A stretch of 62,855 nt of DNA, the filler included, from Hausera hauseri (taxonomy: Eukaryota): assembly GCA_046269625.1 (NCBI GenBank). It is 11 parts of 11 records of this genome, joined end to end, with 100 filler letters (N's around TTAATTAATTAA, not from the genome) between each part and the next. Parts side by side here need not be neighbours in the genome. Positions count along the whole stretch, not along the records: positions 1 to 9,070 come from JBJURY010469911.1; positions 9,171 to 14,046 come from JBJURY010406701.1; 9 more parts are not named here. One strand, given 5' to 3'. Positions within the stretch are counted from its first letter, which is position 1; each line of letters starts with the position of its first letter. This document shows positions 1-12,609 of the stretch, piece by piece. A program made the position numbers and the translations under genes. The notes beneath the pieces are model-generated. The model saw nothing but the letters and a program-made list of their open reading frames with translations, was not told the DNA's origin and did no database searches.

Positions 1-242
1 CAATTCTGAGTACAACCCACGGATTACCGAAAGATTTTTATGTTTACAGAACTAAGTCGTAGTTAAGCCTGATTCACCACCATCACCCTGATGCCAATAG
101 ATGTGTTGAAAATGCGGGGTTTTGAAAAATGATTGTTTTGAACTAATTTGCACATAGAATGCGTTTCCCGACTACCGAGCGGTCCAACAATCTGGAATAT
201 GGCGCCGTTATGTAATATAGTACTGTTGTGTGTTTCAAACAT
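1..242 (-). pseudogene. Polinton A32/FtsK-like packaging ATPase, N-terminal fragment
   Basis: Manual translation from ATG at 242: MFETHNSTILHNGAIFQIVGPLGSRETHSMCKLV, a degenerate Walker A (GPxGSGKT) after a hydrophobic strand. Confidence 0.6.
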
Positions 243-859
243 TTCTAATTTGTTTATATTACATAATTTTTCATTATGTAAGCCAATGTATATGAAATTA
301 CTGCGCCCAACGTAATTATTCCTTTACCTTTGCGAAATTTTTTTTCATTTTCGTAAGAATACCGATCTCAAAATAACTCCATATATTCTTCTCTACACAT
401 CTCTCCACGATGATCCATCAGATCACTAAAATAATGAACATTGTCTATCTGGCCAGGCATAAGTTCCCTAGTTATTTTCTTTATATTACCATCAAAATAT
501 GTTTCCATTTCCTTTTTCTCTTCAAAAATTAATATTTGTTTATATATTTAATCATTATCATTATTAGCAATAAATTAATAAAACATTCATTTAAAACTTA
601 ACATAAACATAGAAATCTCATGGATATTTATTTATTGATTTTACATAACAGTATTCCGACAATAAGCGAGTTAAAACCGATATATTCAATTCGAATAAAA
701 TCACTGTATAGTAACAAAAAGTGATAAAGAAGAGTAATAGGTAAAGATATAAACAAAAATTGGTAATTTGTTATAAAAAGAAAACTGCATTTTTAAAGGT
801 TTCTTATGAATACACACAGTGGAAATGGTGGTACGAATAAAAAGAGTATAGTTACATTG

Positions 860-1342
860 AGAAGATTTTCTCGGAGTATACCATATTTTAAGTCTCTTCT
901 AAGAACTCCGGCAAATTACCGATGGTACACTGTACATTCAATGCCACCGTCTGTTCTTAATGATTTTATGAAGTATTAGGAACGGATTGCTTTGGATCGT
1001 GTTGATATTGTAAAGCAGAAAAGTCTATTGGCCAAGTACCGAGATGCTCTCTTTGAAACAGCAAAATCAGTAAATTTAGACTCTAAGAGATGAATACTCG
1101 AAAAGCATTTTCCCTTAGAATCATACATAAAGCGAACTAAAAAGAAAAATGTTGATGTGTTCTATGGATCCAATAAAGTAAAACAAGACGGAGCTGCGCT
1201 GTCAATTTTGGCCGCAATAAAAGCAGCTGCTATACCAGCAACTATCGTTGCAGAAAAAGCTGCAGCTATTGGAGCAGCTACAACTGCTGGACAATACGCA
1301 GTACAGAAAGCAATCGAAGCCGGAAGAGGGGGAGGAGAATAA
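860..1342 (+). pseudogene. Polinton small structural/core-like protein (protease-processed, Ala/Gly-rich amphipathic C-terminus)
   Basis: ...LLAKYRDALFETAKSVNLDSKR*ILEK...KQDGAALSILAAIKAAAIPA...; resembles the small QxGG-cleaved Polinton ORFs and lies just upstream of the integrase. Confidence 0.45.
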
Positions 1343-1589
1343 TCAAAATAACGTGCATAAACAAACAGGTATTATTTCATTTAAATTTCATTTAATGAAT
1401 CCTGCACAATCATCTTTGCCAAATATAACTATACATAATCGTTCAACTTGTTGCATTGTGGATGACGATGACAACGACAAAATCGATGGAAAAGCTGTAA
1501 TTCAATCCAAATAAACCAATTGGTTACAATGGAGTTTAAAGACTCGCAAAGACCACAAAATGAAGAAAGACACAGGCAGCACAGTGTTG

Positions 1590-2420
1590 GGAAAACCACT
1601 GGCATACAACCTGTGCAAGCCGATGAGAAAACGGTTTTCGACACGAAAATGCCAAGTAGTGAGCGTCAATGCACTCTAGCTAATGGATTTGATGGAGATG
1701 ATTCCATATTCACAAATTAATAGCGGGTATAGGTATATTCTAACATGTTTTGATGTACTTAGTTGGTATGCGCAAGTTATTCCGGTAAAGAACAAATCAT
1801 CAAAAGACGTGACTTAGGCTATAGAAAGCATGCTTGAAAATACACAATCAAAATCATTGCAAATGGATTTAGATAAAGAATTGTATAACAGTTCTGTGAA
1901 AAAATTATTAAATACTTATGAAATTAATCATTATTCGGTATTTTCACGGTACAAAGCAGCACTTGTCGAATTATTTAATAGTACATTAAGAGGTCGACTG
2001 AGTAAATACTTTATAAAAAGTGGTAAAGGATGTGGATAGGTATTTTACCAAAAATGATACTTGCATATAACCATTCCGAACATCGTGGACTTTATGGTAT
2101 GCTACCAATAAATGTTGTAACAAAGGATAATAATGAATTAAACATATGGATCACGCAATATGGTAAAGAAGAAAAAGAAAAATTACAGAAAGTGAAGAAA
2201 CCCAAACATAAAATGGGTGATTTTAAAAATGGGAGCTCTGAGGTATTCGAAATTTTTCAAATAAACACTAAACAAATACCAGTCATGTACTTTACACGAG
2301 ATGAAGATGGTAATGTTATTTAAAGGAAATTGTATGAAGAAGAATTACAAATACTACCGGAAAAACCTAATGTATATCATATACAATCAATACTACAAAC
2401 AAAAGGAAAAAGTAAGCATA
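1590..2420 (+). pseudogene. Polinton c-integrase (rve) with C-terminal chromodomain-like tail
   Basis: KPMRKRFSTRK..DLMEM..GYRYILTCFDVLS..LQMDLDKEL..LVELFNSTLRGRL..AYNHSEH..LYEEELQ; contains stops and frameshifts. Confidence 0.9.
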
Positions 2421-2423
2421 AAC

Positions 2424-2810
2424 TGTGGTGCCCACCTTTTGTGCGTCCCGCGGCCGGATGGCCGGGCGACATCGGGCGCCAGTCATCACTTTAATGACGT
2501 TCCATACCTCGAACTGTACCGGTCTCTTTCTCCCGGTCCTGTTGCTGCACGACGGTATGTACACTCGGCCCTTCAAAAGCCAAACATGGACCGACCAATT
2601 AAACAAAAATATCCCAACTCCAATTCGCCCAAATTCAATTATCGCCCCCTCTCCAATCAAACGCCCATCTCAATCAGCCACATCAATCACTTTCTGTCCA
2701 ACTCAATTATCCAAAATCACGGACGAATGATAATGACGTCGATTTCGATCACTCGGAATTTCCGGTCAGTCCGTTTTTGAAAAAATGTACCGATCTGACA
2801 AATAGTTACA
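2424..2810. repeat. LTR-like element (TG...CA), related to 57614-57798
   Basis: Starts TGTGGTGCCCACCTTTTGTGCGTCC and ends AATAGTTACA. The reverse complement of 57614-57798 starts TGCGGTGTCCATTTTGGCGTCC and ends AATAAGCTACA. GC-rich, interrupts the integrase, no TSD seen. Confidence 0.5.
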
Positions 2811-3604
2811 GTGCGATTTACGAAAAAGGACCACTATCAAGAAGTTAGATTTCCATCACGGATTCACCTCCACCTTCTCTTCCATCGCCTGAAGCAGATG
2901 AAAATTGTGATTCGTATTATTTGAACTGTATTTTCGTTCATCTCCTTGTGATGTAAATATGCAATTTTATTTATTTGTGATTTTTTTAGAGGTGTGCAAA
3001 AAAATAAACATGGAGTTATTGTTTAAATGCAACTGTAAATAAAAGATTTGTTGAAAAAACTCTATTTGATGGATTTTGAAATACAATTTTGATCATTTTC
3101 TTTAGCTTGGATTTATTCTTTGTGTATATTTCGTTGATAATTATGGGTTACGTTAGAAAATTCTTACACACGAAAGACGATGTTTTTGATGAAACAATTG
3201 TTTGTCCCAGAATTCAACTTTTCCTGCTGAAATAAGTAGTTTTCATTTATTCCGTGAATCGTGTCTGATGCTATGGTCTTCAGTGCAAGAGAATAGGAGG
3301 CCGACTACATATCCCTGTTATTTTCAACCGGTATCGGATGATAACAATTTAAATTGGTGTCAGACATTTAGAGTCTATAACCACATTACTGCACCGGAGT
3401 ACGCGAACTTTTCGTCATCGTTACCATCCATGGAATTTTCTTTCCCCAGGAGGAGTTTTTAATCCATTTTAATTTATGATACGAATTTTTAATTATTGCT
3501 TTGCTGATATATTTTTTTACAAATCGTTTTGTTACTCTCCGAATATGTATATGTTTGCCTGTAATCTTGTCCGTTTTCGACTAGTTTTATTTTTCGGTCG
3601 AGCT

Positions 3605-4192
3605 TTTGCTCATACATTATCGAAATTCTTAAATACATATGTACCAATAACGTTTTTACGAGACGTTACGTGCGTTATCGTCAGTCTCCGCCGTAACAAA
3701 GACCCATCTCCTAGCCCGTCAATTGTCGGCGAATTGCTACTCGTATTGCATTATCTTATACAGAGTCCAGATTCTAATATTTCGGTCGATATTGTTTTGA
3801 CATTATCTTATTTAACTGATGGAGGAAATCACCAAATACAAATGGTTATCGATGCTGATATCGTTCGGTTCTTAGTATCACTGTTGTCACATAATGACAT
3901 AAAAGTGCAAACGGCTGCATTTCGGGCAGTCGGTAATAGTGCAACGAGAACTGACGAACAAACCCAAAATGTTATTGACTATCAGTTCACACTGCTCATA
4001 CATTACCATCCTGATAAAGGTGACTTTCAAACCCAAAAGGAAGCTGCTTGGGTTATTTCAAATTTTAAAGTTAGTGCAACACCCAATCAAGTTGCATATT
4101 TCGTGCAACAAGGCGTCGTTCTGCCACCTTATAAAATGTTGTCCGTACTCGACACTCAAGTGGTCCAAGTTATTATTGACGACATCCTTAAT
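3605..4192 (+). pseudogene. Importin-alpha (alpha-3/KPNA3-4-like) ARM-repeat fragment
   Basis: [78 protein letters not shown]; no IBB domain, one ARM repeat missing, truncated. Confidence 0.9.
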
Positions 4193-4291
4193 CCCCACAA
4201 CACCTTTCACCTCAAAGACCGTCGGGCAGCTGCCGGACCTGATTACGGATGTTCGGCCGCCCAGAGATCGCCAAACCGGCGCAGTGATGTC

Positions 4292-5545
4292 ATGCGTCGG
4301 GCTGTCGCGCCGGCGCCGTCCGGACGCCCGGCGTGTTTACGTCACGCACCGCAGTGCCCATCCGTCGCCCATACCCCCTATCTTTCTCTTCATTTTTTAA
4401 TCAACAACAGAAACATATACACACACACATGGAAGGACACACTAGACGCAACACGCATCTACCACCACCTTGCCAACCTGCTAGGTTTCTCTAGTTTTTT
4501 CTTATCCTACAACGGTCTCACTATCCACAACTTCTACGATCTTCTTCACTTCAGAAAGACTTTCTTTCTTATTCATATCAACTTCAAAATCCTTGGCGGC
4601 ATGAACTCCCGATCCTCCATTGACACTACGGAAAAGCCAAAATCTATCCCGATATTACGCTGCGCCGGTACAGTAACACTCCCGGTTTCCCTTTTGGACA
4701 CCACTGTACCAAACCTGGCTTCAATTCCATCACCTCTGGTTCCAATCTGCAAACATCACCGAATCTCTCTCAAAAGCCCCTAGCCTCTTTTGCTATCTAC
4801 CAAATTCAATTAAAACTGGAATACCTAATCTTTTACAACTCTTCGAACATCCTGATCCTTACAAGGAGCTATATAATGCCGTTCTTAAGTTTAAAGAGCT
4901 TTTCTTGCATTCTATTATTCAACGTTACTTCAAGAGAACACCCTAAGCTATCAACAGCTCTCCAAATTCTTACAAATAGCCCTTAATAACTTAAAAGCAC
5001 TGGGTGTAACACGGGAACACAATGCAGATCTCCTAAGACGCTATTTTCTCCACGCTTTACCCCTACAAATTAGGAGCACGTTGACCGTGGTTGAGGAATC
5101 ATTAGATCGTAACAAACTAACCGAGTTAGCTGATAAATCATATGAATAAATGGAAAAGCACACTACCCCACTTATCTCTACCACTATCACATCAAAGGAT
5201 ACACAACAAAACGCATTACAACAACAAATAACTCAATTAAAGGCTGACAACAAGGCGCTGATAGAAACCATTAACAGTATAAAAAATAAGTTGAGCCGAC
5301 GGACCTTTTCCAGACAGAATTTTCCGGGTGCCACCCATTCCGATGGACCTCCACTGCACAACAGACGACCGCTATCGCCCGTACGATCGTCTATTTGTTA
5401 TTTTTATAACAATTTCGGAAACAATGCACATAAATGTTGCATTGGGTGCAAATTATTTACATCTAAATTTAAGTCAGGCAACAACATTTGCATCTATCAT
5501 TCTAAGGCCATAAAATGTTTACCAGGATGCAATTTCAACTCATAG
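4292..5545 (+). pseudogene. gag: Ubiquitin-like domain fused to Gag (two tandem CHCC motifs)
   Basis: 4382-4600 encodes about 73 aa ending FLSYNG...[10 protein letters not shown], with ATG at 4601. Gag motifs FWxxxYQTWL, LRRYFLHALP, LTELADK, CYFYNNFGNNAHKCCIGC. Confidence 0.8.
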
Positions 5546-5599
5546 GAGAATAAGCGACCCTAGAGTCATCGGCCACTTCTAACAAAGGTTCCACTTTAC

Positions 5600-8500
5600 A
5601 AAATTACAGCCGAAGCATAACATTTGCAGTTTTTACGTTGGAGGCAACCGTCGTTACTCCAACAAAACAAAACATTAATTTCCTCATAGACACTGGAGCA
5701 GCTGTCTCTCTGCTTCCTCCTGAACATGAGATGCATAAGAAAACAAATTTACACAAAAAATTATTCACTGCATCAGGGGCAGAACTAAACACCTTTGACA
5801 CTACCAACATCACTTTTACATTACCAGGCAGCAAAAACACATACAATTTGACATTCACAGTTGCCAATGTCCAAACACTTATGTTGGGATAAGACTTCCT
5901 ATCCCATTACCAACTACTGGTGGATTGCAGACGTTGCTGCTTGATTAACTCAAATCAATTCGAACAATCTAACTCAGTGAATATCATTTCGACGACCGAG
6001 CGGATGATCACTGACCATAAACCTGTCCTTAAAAAATCACATATTGATTTAAAGTATTAATACAATCATCCATTATTCAGAGACTACTACAATACAGTTG
6101 ACAAATATGACAATGCCAACTTTTCGGCACATTTTGCAAACAAAACCGCCCGCAACACAATTTTCAATTCCACTATATTGCACCAAATTCCACCTAGTAT
6201 TCATAGTACAACTTCTTCTCTAACTGACGCCAGGCAAATCGCAACATCATTATCACCGTCAACCACCTTATCATCACTTCCACAGGAATTGCAATCCTAT
6301 GTATTTTCTTCTTGCACTCGGATGTTGCACAAAGATAAAACTTATAAACCAGCCATGCACACTTTTCATTATATCATTACAGAACACCAAAGACCACTAC
6401 GACGAAAGGTACGACCATTATCCCCACGTAGCAGGCGGGCAGTCGAAGCCGAATTTTCAGAACTACAACGCTTAGACATTATCAGAAGATCTAAATCTCC
6501 ATGGGCATCGCCATTACATGTTGTCCCAAAAAGAACGGATCTTTTCGCCCATGCGGTGAATACAGGCAACTGAATCTAATCACAACCATGGACGCCTACC
6601 CTCTGCCTCTCATAAATGAAATCCTACATAGACTTCACGGTTCAACCATTTTCTCAAGCATCGGTCTCCATAAGGCATACCACCAAATCCCTGTAGCACC
6701 AGCAGACATTCCAAAAACGGCAATAACAACTCCTTTTGGACTTTTTGAATATCTATTCATGCCATTTGGCTTAAGCAGTGCAGCTCAAACCTTTCAGAGG
6801 CACATAGACACCGTGCTCGCAGGCTTAGACTTCGCATATCCCTACATCGACGATATTTTAATTGCCTCCTCGTCCTCTAAACAGTATACTGAGCACCTAC
6901 GCATCGTTTTCAAACGATTTCACCAAAACAATCTCCAAATAATCTTCGCAAAATGTTCATTTTTTAAACAAAACTCAATTTCGTCGGACACATTATTACT
7001 CCAACTGGACACGCTTCACAGCAAGACCGCATCACTCAACTGAAAAACATTCAATTACAACGTACTACTTCAGAAATGCGTTCCTTCCTTGGTACCTTGC
7101 ATTTTGTCCACAAATACGTGCCACATTGTTTAACCTTAACCGCTCTATTCGTTACTTTAAGTTCTGGCCAAAAGAAACAACGTATTATTTGGACGTTTAA
7201 ACTTGTTAATGCTTTTGACCACCTAAAAGCAAATCTCAAAACAGTGGAAATATTAGCCTATCCAGATTCTACATCAGAACTTTTTCTTACAACAGACGCA
7301 TCAACTATCGCAGCAGGTTCAGTACTTCACCAATTTAAAAACAATGCACATCAACATTTAGAGTTCTTCTTTAGAAAATTTACTACAAAATAACAAAAGT
7401 ACTCTACCTTCGATAGAACTTTTAGCAATGGTCCTCGCAGTCAAGCATTTTCAGCACCTATTAACAGCACGCATCTTCTGAATTCAAACGGACCATAAGC
7501 CGCTGTTGCACATCTTTACCATGAAATCTCCCTCTCTGCGTCAGGAAAGACATATATCCTATTTGTTAACTTTTAATTTTACAATAAAATATATAAATGG
7601 CATAGACAATGTAGTAGCTGATTTTTTGTCACGTTCAGTTGACTCTATAACATTTAAACCAATTCTAGATAATGAAACTCTTCGACGAAATCAACCGGAT
7701 GCTAAAACTCTCACTTCTTATAAATCTTTTAAGATCAGTGATGGCGCGGCCTTCGATACCACAGACGTTGCATGGCCTAAAATCACAATAGTTCCTACTC
7801 TCCAAAAAATAGCCTTTACAAATATTCATGCCTTACACCATCCAGGATCAAAGGCTACATGCCACCTCTTAAAACTCCAAGCTACATGGCCATCAATGAA
7901 AACAGACGTACAGACATGGGTTAAAAAGTGTACAGCATGCCAAACATTCAAAATCACTAAACAACTAAAGCCGCCACTTTATCATTTCCCTTGTGTGTCA
8001 CGCTTTGATACCATCCGTCTCAATATCGTTGGCCCTCTTCCACCAGAAAATTGTCATTAATTAATCCTTACAATGATGGACCGCGCGTCTACATGGCCAG
8101 AAGCAGTTCCACTTTGATCCACAAACACTGAATCCATAGCTGACGCCTTCATACTCATATGGCTCAGCCGATTCGGTTCACCTAAACACATTATCTCTGA
8201 TCAAGGCCCCCAATTCGAGTCGAGTCATTTTAAATCATTAGTAAATCGACTTGGCATATCTCATATCCACACAACACCCTACCACCCCCAGTCGAACGGC
8301 CTTTTAGAGCGTTTTCATTGTACAATGAAAACCTCTCTCAGAATCCTGGCTGAACAACTCGCAATGGGTAAATCTTTTACCTTTCGCTTTACTCGAATGG
8401 CGAAACACTTAATTCACATAAACTGGTTGCGCCCCGTCGGAGGCTCTATTTGGTACGCCATTACGTGCTCTTTTCGAGTTAACTGAACAAGACAACGCAC

Positions 8501-8790
8501 CCACTGACAAAACAATTCGGGCCGTCCAGAAACATTTTATTATTATCAGCAAGGACGCTTTTTTTATAATTCTACACGGCAATCAACCATACATTCCTAA
8601 CGACCTTTACACATCTAAATTTGTTTGGTTAAGAAACCAAACTCCGGTCGGCTTTCACCTACGGTACACGGGCCCCTATAAACTGTTTTTACTTCATTCA
8701 CATTACGCCATCATTGTTAAAGATAACAAAGAATAATCAGTCCATATTACTAACCTAAAACCAGCTTTATTTATTGACGATACCACATCA
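5600..8790 (+). pseudogene. pol: Pol (PR-RT-RH-IN), frameshifted
   Basis: ORF pieces 5638-5892, 6178-7043, 7076-7393 and 7506-8060, plus IN core SDQGPQFES/YHPQSNGLLERFH at about 8195-8320. Confidence 0.95.
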
Positions 8791-9070
8791 GTTGAAACAA
8801 CCTCGTTGTTGAAACCCACAAGCACCCAAACTCAATCTGACAAGCAGTCCTTACAAGCATCTTCTCAACCAGCTATTATACCTCAGCCTTCGTTGCTTCC
8901 CACTACTTCATATACCTTGTCTAACACTTCAACGACCTCACTACCTCCCATTTCAGTCAAATTCTTTACTCCACTCCATAACCAACCTTCACCAAAGTAT
9001 CAAATTTCTTTCGTCTTTTCCAACTTATCTTCTTCACTTTCTTACAATACTCCAACCTTCAATCTTCACA

Positions 9071-9170
9071 NNNNNNNNNNNNNNNNNNNNNNNNNNNNNN
9101 NNNNNNNNNNNNNNTTAATTAATTAANNNNNNNNNNNNNNNNNNNNNNNNNNNNNNNNNNNNNNNNNNNN
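9071..9170. other. Artificial contig-joining linker (N-run + TTAATTAATTAA + N-run); also at 14047-14146, 19459-19558, 23636-23735, 27705-27804, 32046-32145, 36402-36501, 42162-42261, 51322-51421, 55718-55817
   Basis: Identical 100-nt spacer with stop codons in all six frames, present 10 times. Confidence 0.97.
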
Positions 9171-10929
9171 GAATCCGTTCCTTATTTGGAGCAATTTATG
9201 ATGTTCAGATTGTCCTGCCGCAGGATCAGTTCAACAACAGAAAATATTCCGCAGTCAAAATTATCAAAATCGCAAATTTGAGAAAACAATGAGTAATCAA
9301 ATTTAACTTCTCCATCAGTCAAATGCTGCTGCTAAAACAGTTTTTCACGTGTCAACTGAAATTTGAGGTTTTCATTAAATTTTTTCTATTTCATAATCGT
9401 CAAGGTAACGAAAGAATGATCATTAACCCATCACTATAATTGAGATATCTCACACATTCACCTCTTGCTAGACAGATGTCGTCAACTCTTATGTCTACAG
9501 ATTTTTATGTTACGCGTTAATCAGCAACCTGTGTGCTTGTTTCACGAAAACAGATCAAATAAGCAGCAATCGGCGTTCATCAATTTCGCTCAATTGATCT
9601 TCTGTTGCGTTTCTTATCGAAACAATCAGATAAACCGAATTCTCTAGTGGTGAGCAAAATAGGACACTAAAATCACCCAAGCTACCAAAAAATTATTAGG
9701 TTACAAAATTTAATGGAGTCGCCTGGGACTTGACGTACAATTGACAAAGTTTCCGGCCTTTCAAATCATCAAACAAAAATATTTGTTTAAATAGACTTCA
9801 GAATCAACGCAAAAATTTAAGAAATACGACATGTTTTCTGTAATAATCGTCGTCATTTTGGGTGCATTTTTCAATAAATTATTTTATTCTCCGAATTCCT
9901 TTTATCAACTTTAGCTCAATTCGATAAGTGTCTAATGCGAATATTGTTTTATTGTTGCAACAAATCCCCCACTTTATACAGTAATGATAAATTCGGGTGT
10001 AGCAACTCCTATGTTCTAGGAGTGAGTTGCGACATCCCAAAATGTCAGGAAGTTTTGATTCATCTTCGAATTTGAAATCGTTTAAGAAAATTCATCCTGA
10101 CGTTGTGGAAATAATACTTATCATCTACTAAGAATGATATTTAGACCAAAGACCTCAAATGAGAAACACCTAACAGCCATCAATGGGACGACGAGAACAA
10201 CAGAAGAAAGACGACTGTTATTTCATCAACCAAGCAGACCTTAGTGTTGATAATCATAAAATATTAAAAATAATAAATGAACCATGTGATAGATCTATAA
10301 TTTTAAAAATACCAGAGAAAATCGAATTTCATGCAATAATTTTCGAATGTTCTTACCATAAAATGATAATCGATAAAAGAAGTCTTTACAAAAATAATAA
10401 AATGGCATCGTGTGTAGTTTTTAACGCGGATACCACTGATGATGTAACCTTAACACAATTAAATTCCGTGAATAATATTATAACCTTTCACTCCTTTCGA
10501 ATCTGCATAGCAAACCAACGGCATATAAAATTTCCAATAAGATGAACAATAAAAGAACAGACAACACAAAAGTCCGTACAAAAAAATCATCGAAAATTCC
10601 TTATCTTCATACAACCGAATGTTAATACTACTGACCAAAAGGACATGATATCCGGGTACGCCAATGAGGAGGCATCCCACCCAAACTCTTCTTACTTACG
10701 AGTGCCTATAAGAATAAAATCAATTGAGCGACCGTTATCTATATTAAGCTGCAATTCTTCTTAATGCGTTTATTTACAGTTCTCCAGTTTAGTCAAAGAC
10801 AAGAAAGTGCGAAGCAGTTCTACCAAAATGTTGACACATCTCCACTGACAAAACAGTTCGTTTTTCTCACAATACAGCGGCTAAAATTCTAACAATATTG
10901 CGGGTCATACACTAATTGAAAGGGAGATG

Positions 10930-11129
10930 GCGATAATTAATACCATCGTGGCCACTAAATTAAGGCAAATATGCATAAAATGGTCATATATTAAATCCAC
11001 GGTAATCGAATATGCAAACAGTTTTTAGTGGTAAAAAGTACAACAAAGAAATCTATGCTTACGAAGAAACAGAGAAAGATGCGTTTGAAGTTTTGTCATA
11101 AATACAAAGACTATCCAGCTCAATGGTGG
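10930..11129 (+). pseudogene. Tc1-like transposase fragment
   Basis: KKSMLTKKQRKMRLKFCHKYKDYPAQWW matches the Tc1 KKPLL..RL.FA..W linker; cut off by a TGTTAG element. Confidence 0.65.
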
Positions 11130-11400
11130 TGTTAGAGTCGATTAATAACATAACTCTCAATTCCCCTTTATTCAGGTTAATAACATAACTCTGAATTCCC
11201 CTTTATTCAACATCGGTTAACAACAACATAATTTTAATCTAAACAATAGAGAATGCCGAAGACAGTATCCCAGAAACTAAACTAAACACAATAACGCTCC
11301 GAACAATGAAATGACTTTGATGACAATAAAGTTTCCGGTAGATGATTTTGATGACAATAAAATTTCCGGTAACAACAATAACCTTTATGTGATGACAGTA
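11130..11400 (+). repeat. LTR-like start (TGTTAGAGT) with internal tandem repeats, related to 29498-29976
   Basis: TTAATAACATAACTCT(C/G)AATTCCCCTTTATTCA twice (about 11142-11209) and a 30-bp repeat at about 11311-11372; the same TGTTAGAGT start and duplicated 5' motif occur in the reverse complement at 29976. Confidence 0.45.
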
Positions 11401-12390
11401 AAAATTTTAATAACATTGCATGCCTTATGTAGTAGACCCGAATTTTCATTCTATTCTTTGAATTCTGTAAAACCCTTGATTGATGGGTTCCATTTTATTT
11501 TACTGTTCGATGTACATAATAAATTGTAACCACGACCGACTGGTGGCATGGGGTGATTGAATGAACAAACGGAAATTCAAAAATCGGATAATGTGAATTG
11601 GAAAACCATGCATTATCTAACAATAGAATTATAAAATTATGAACAGCATAAATGTAACAGGAAATTGAACTAAAAAATGAATTTTAGAAAACAGAAAACG
11701 GATTTAGAAGAACGAAATTAAAAATGGACAATCGAATCTAGTAATCTAAAAAATTACTATAAAAAGGAAAACCTAAACACAAAAAAACACCATAATATCT
11801 GAGAAAATATACCAGGAAATTATTGCAATAATTGCTTTTAAAACCTTTGGTAGGTTGTTCCTTGAATTCGAATATTAGTATCATACATTTATTTTAGAGA
11901 ATAGACTACTTGACATTGCGAAATAATTCTTATTGGAAAGGAGAAGAAAAACCACTAACAGAAATTCTGAATTCGTACCACTGATTGAAACGCTATTTAA
12001 TCCGATAGAAGATAATTGTAAAACTAAGATGGCAGAAAGATATACAGAAAACCTAACAACTACTTCGGATTCCAATGGTAATTATTTGATCACTACATGC
12101 CTTACCAGTTGGTCGATATGTAAAATATTGTAAAGTTTTGTGGTTAAAATATATTTTTATAAAAAGAAAATCATAGAAAATTGTTATGACGTGAATCATT
12201 AAAAGGAATAGAAATACCCTAATGTTTAAGATTTAGACGTAGTTGTTTTCGTCAAGGCTCTGAGAAGGTACGATGTGTCCTCCGCGACGGTTCAATGGTT
12301 CACCGGGAGGTTATAAAAAGGATTTACTGTGACATTATGGAGATGGTCCGATGGTGTTGCTATCAGTACCATGTTCTATTACATGGGAAG

Positions 12391-12609
12391 AAAGCAAAGA
12401 CGAGATCCATATGTAAATTTAACGAAACCGAAGTTATTCGTGTAATAAAGAAAAGTGATCGATGTACGGATGGAATAATTCCATTCATTCTAGGAGTACG
12501 AAAGCAAAGACGAGATCCATATGTAAATGTAACGAAACAGAAGTTATTCGTGTAACAAAGAATGGTGATCAATGCACGAATGAAATGGTTCAATCTATTC
12601 GAAGAGTAA
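12391..12609. repeat. 110-bp direct tandem duplication
   Basis: AAAGCAAAGACGAGATCCATATGTAAAT starts at both 12391 and 12501. Confidence 0.9.

Larger units (their letters stand above)
1..2423. mobile_element. Polinton/Maverick fragment (ATPase, small ORFs, integrase), decayed
   Basis: Cluster of a packaging-ATPase N-terminus (-), a core-like ORF (+) and a c-integrase (+), as expected in Polintons. Confidence 0.8.
4292..9070 (+). mobile_element. Ty3/gypsy LTR retrotransposon, CsRN1/Kabuki-like, copy 1 (Ubl-gag-pol), decayed
   Basis: Gag with CHCC motifs, then PR (FLIDTGAAVS), RT (SPWASPLHVVPKK, YIDD), RNase H (LTTDAS) and IN (HHPG..C..C, IVGPLP) in gypsy order. Confidence 0.95.

Noticed and set aside
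9171-9480. Possible Ulp1/C48 protease remnant on the minus strand (WVND, DNFDCGIF) that might process the Ubl
   Set aside because: Motifs are too close together, frames are broken, and it is on a different contig from the Ubl-gag element
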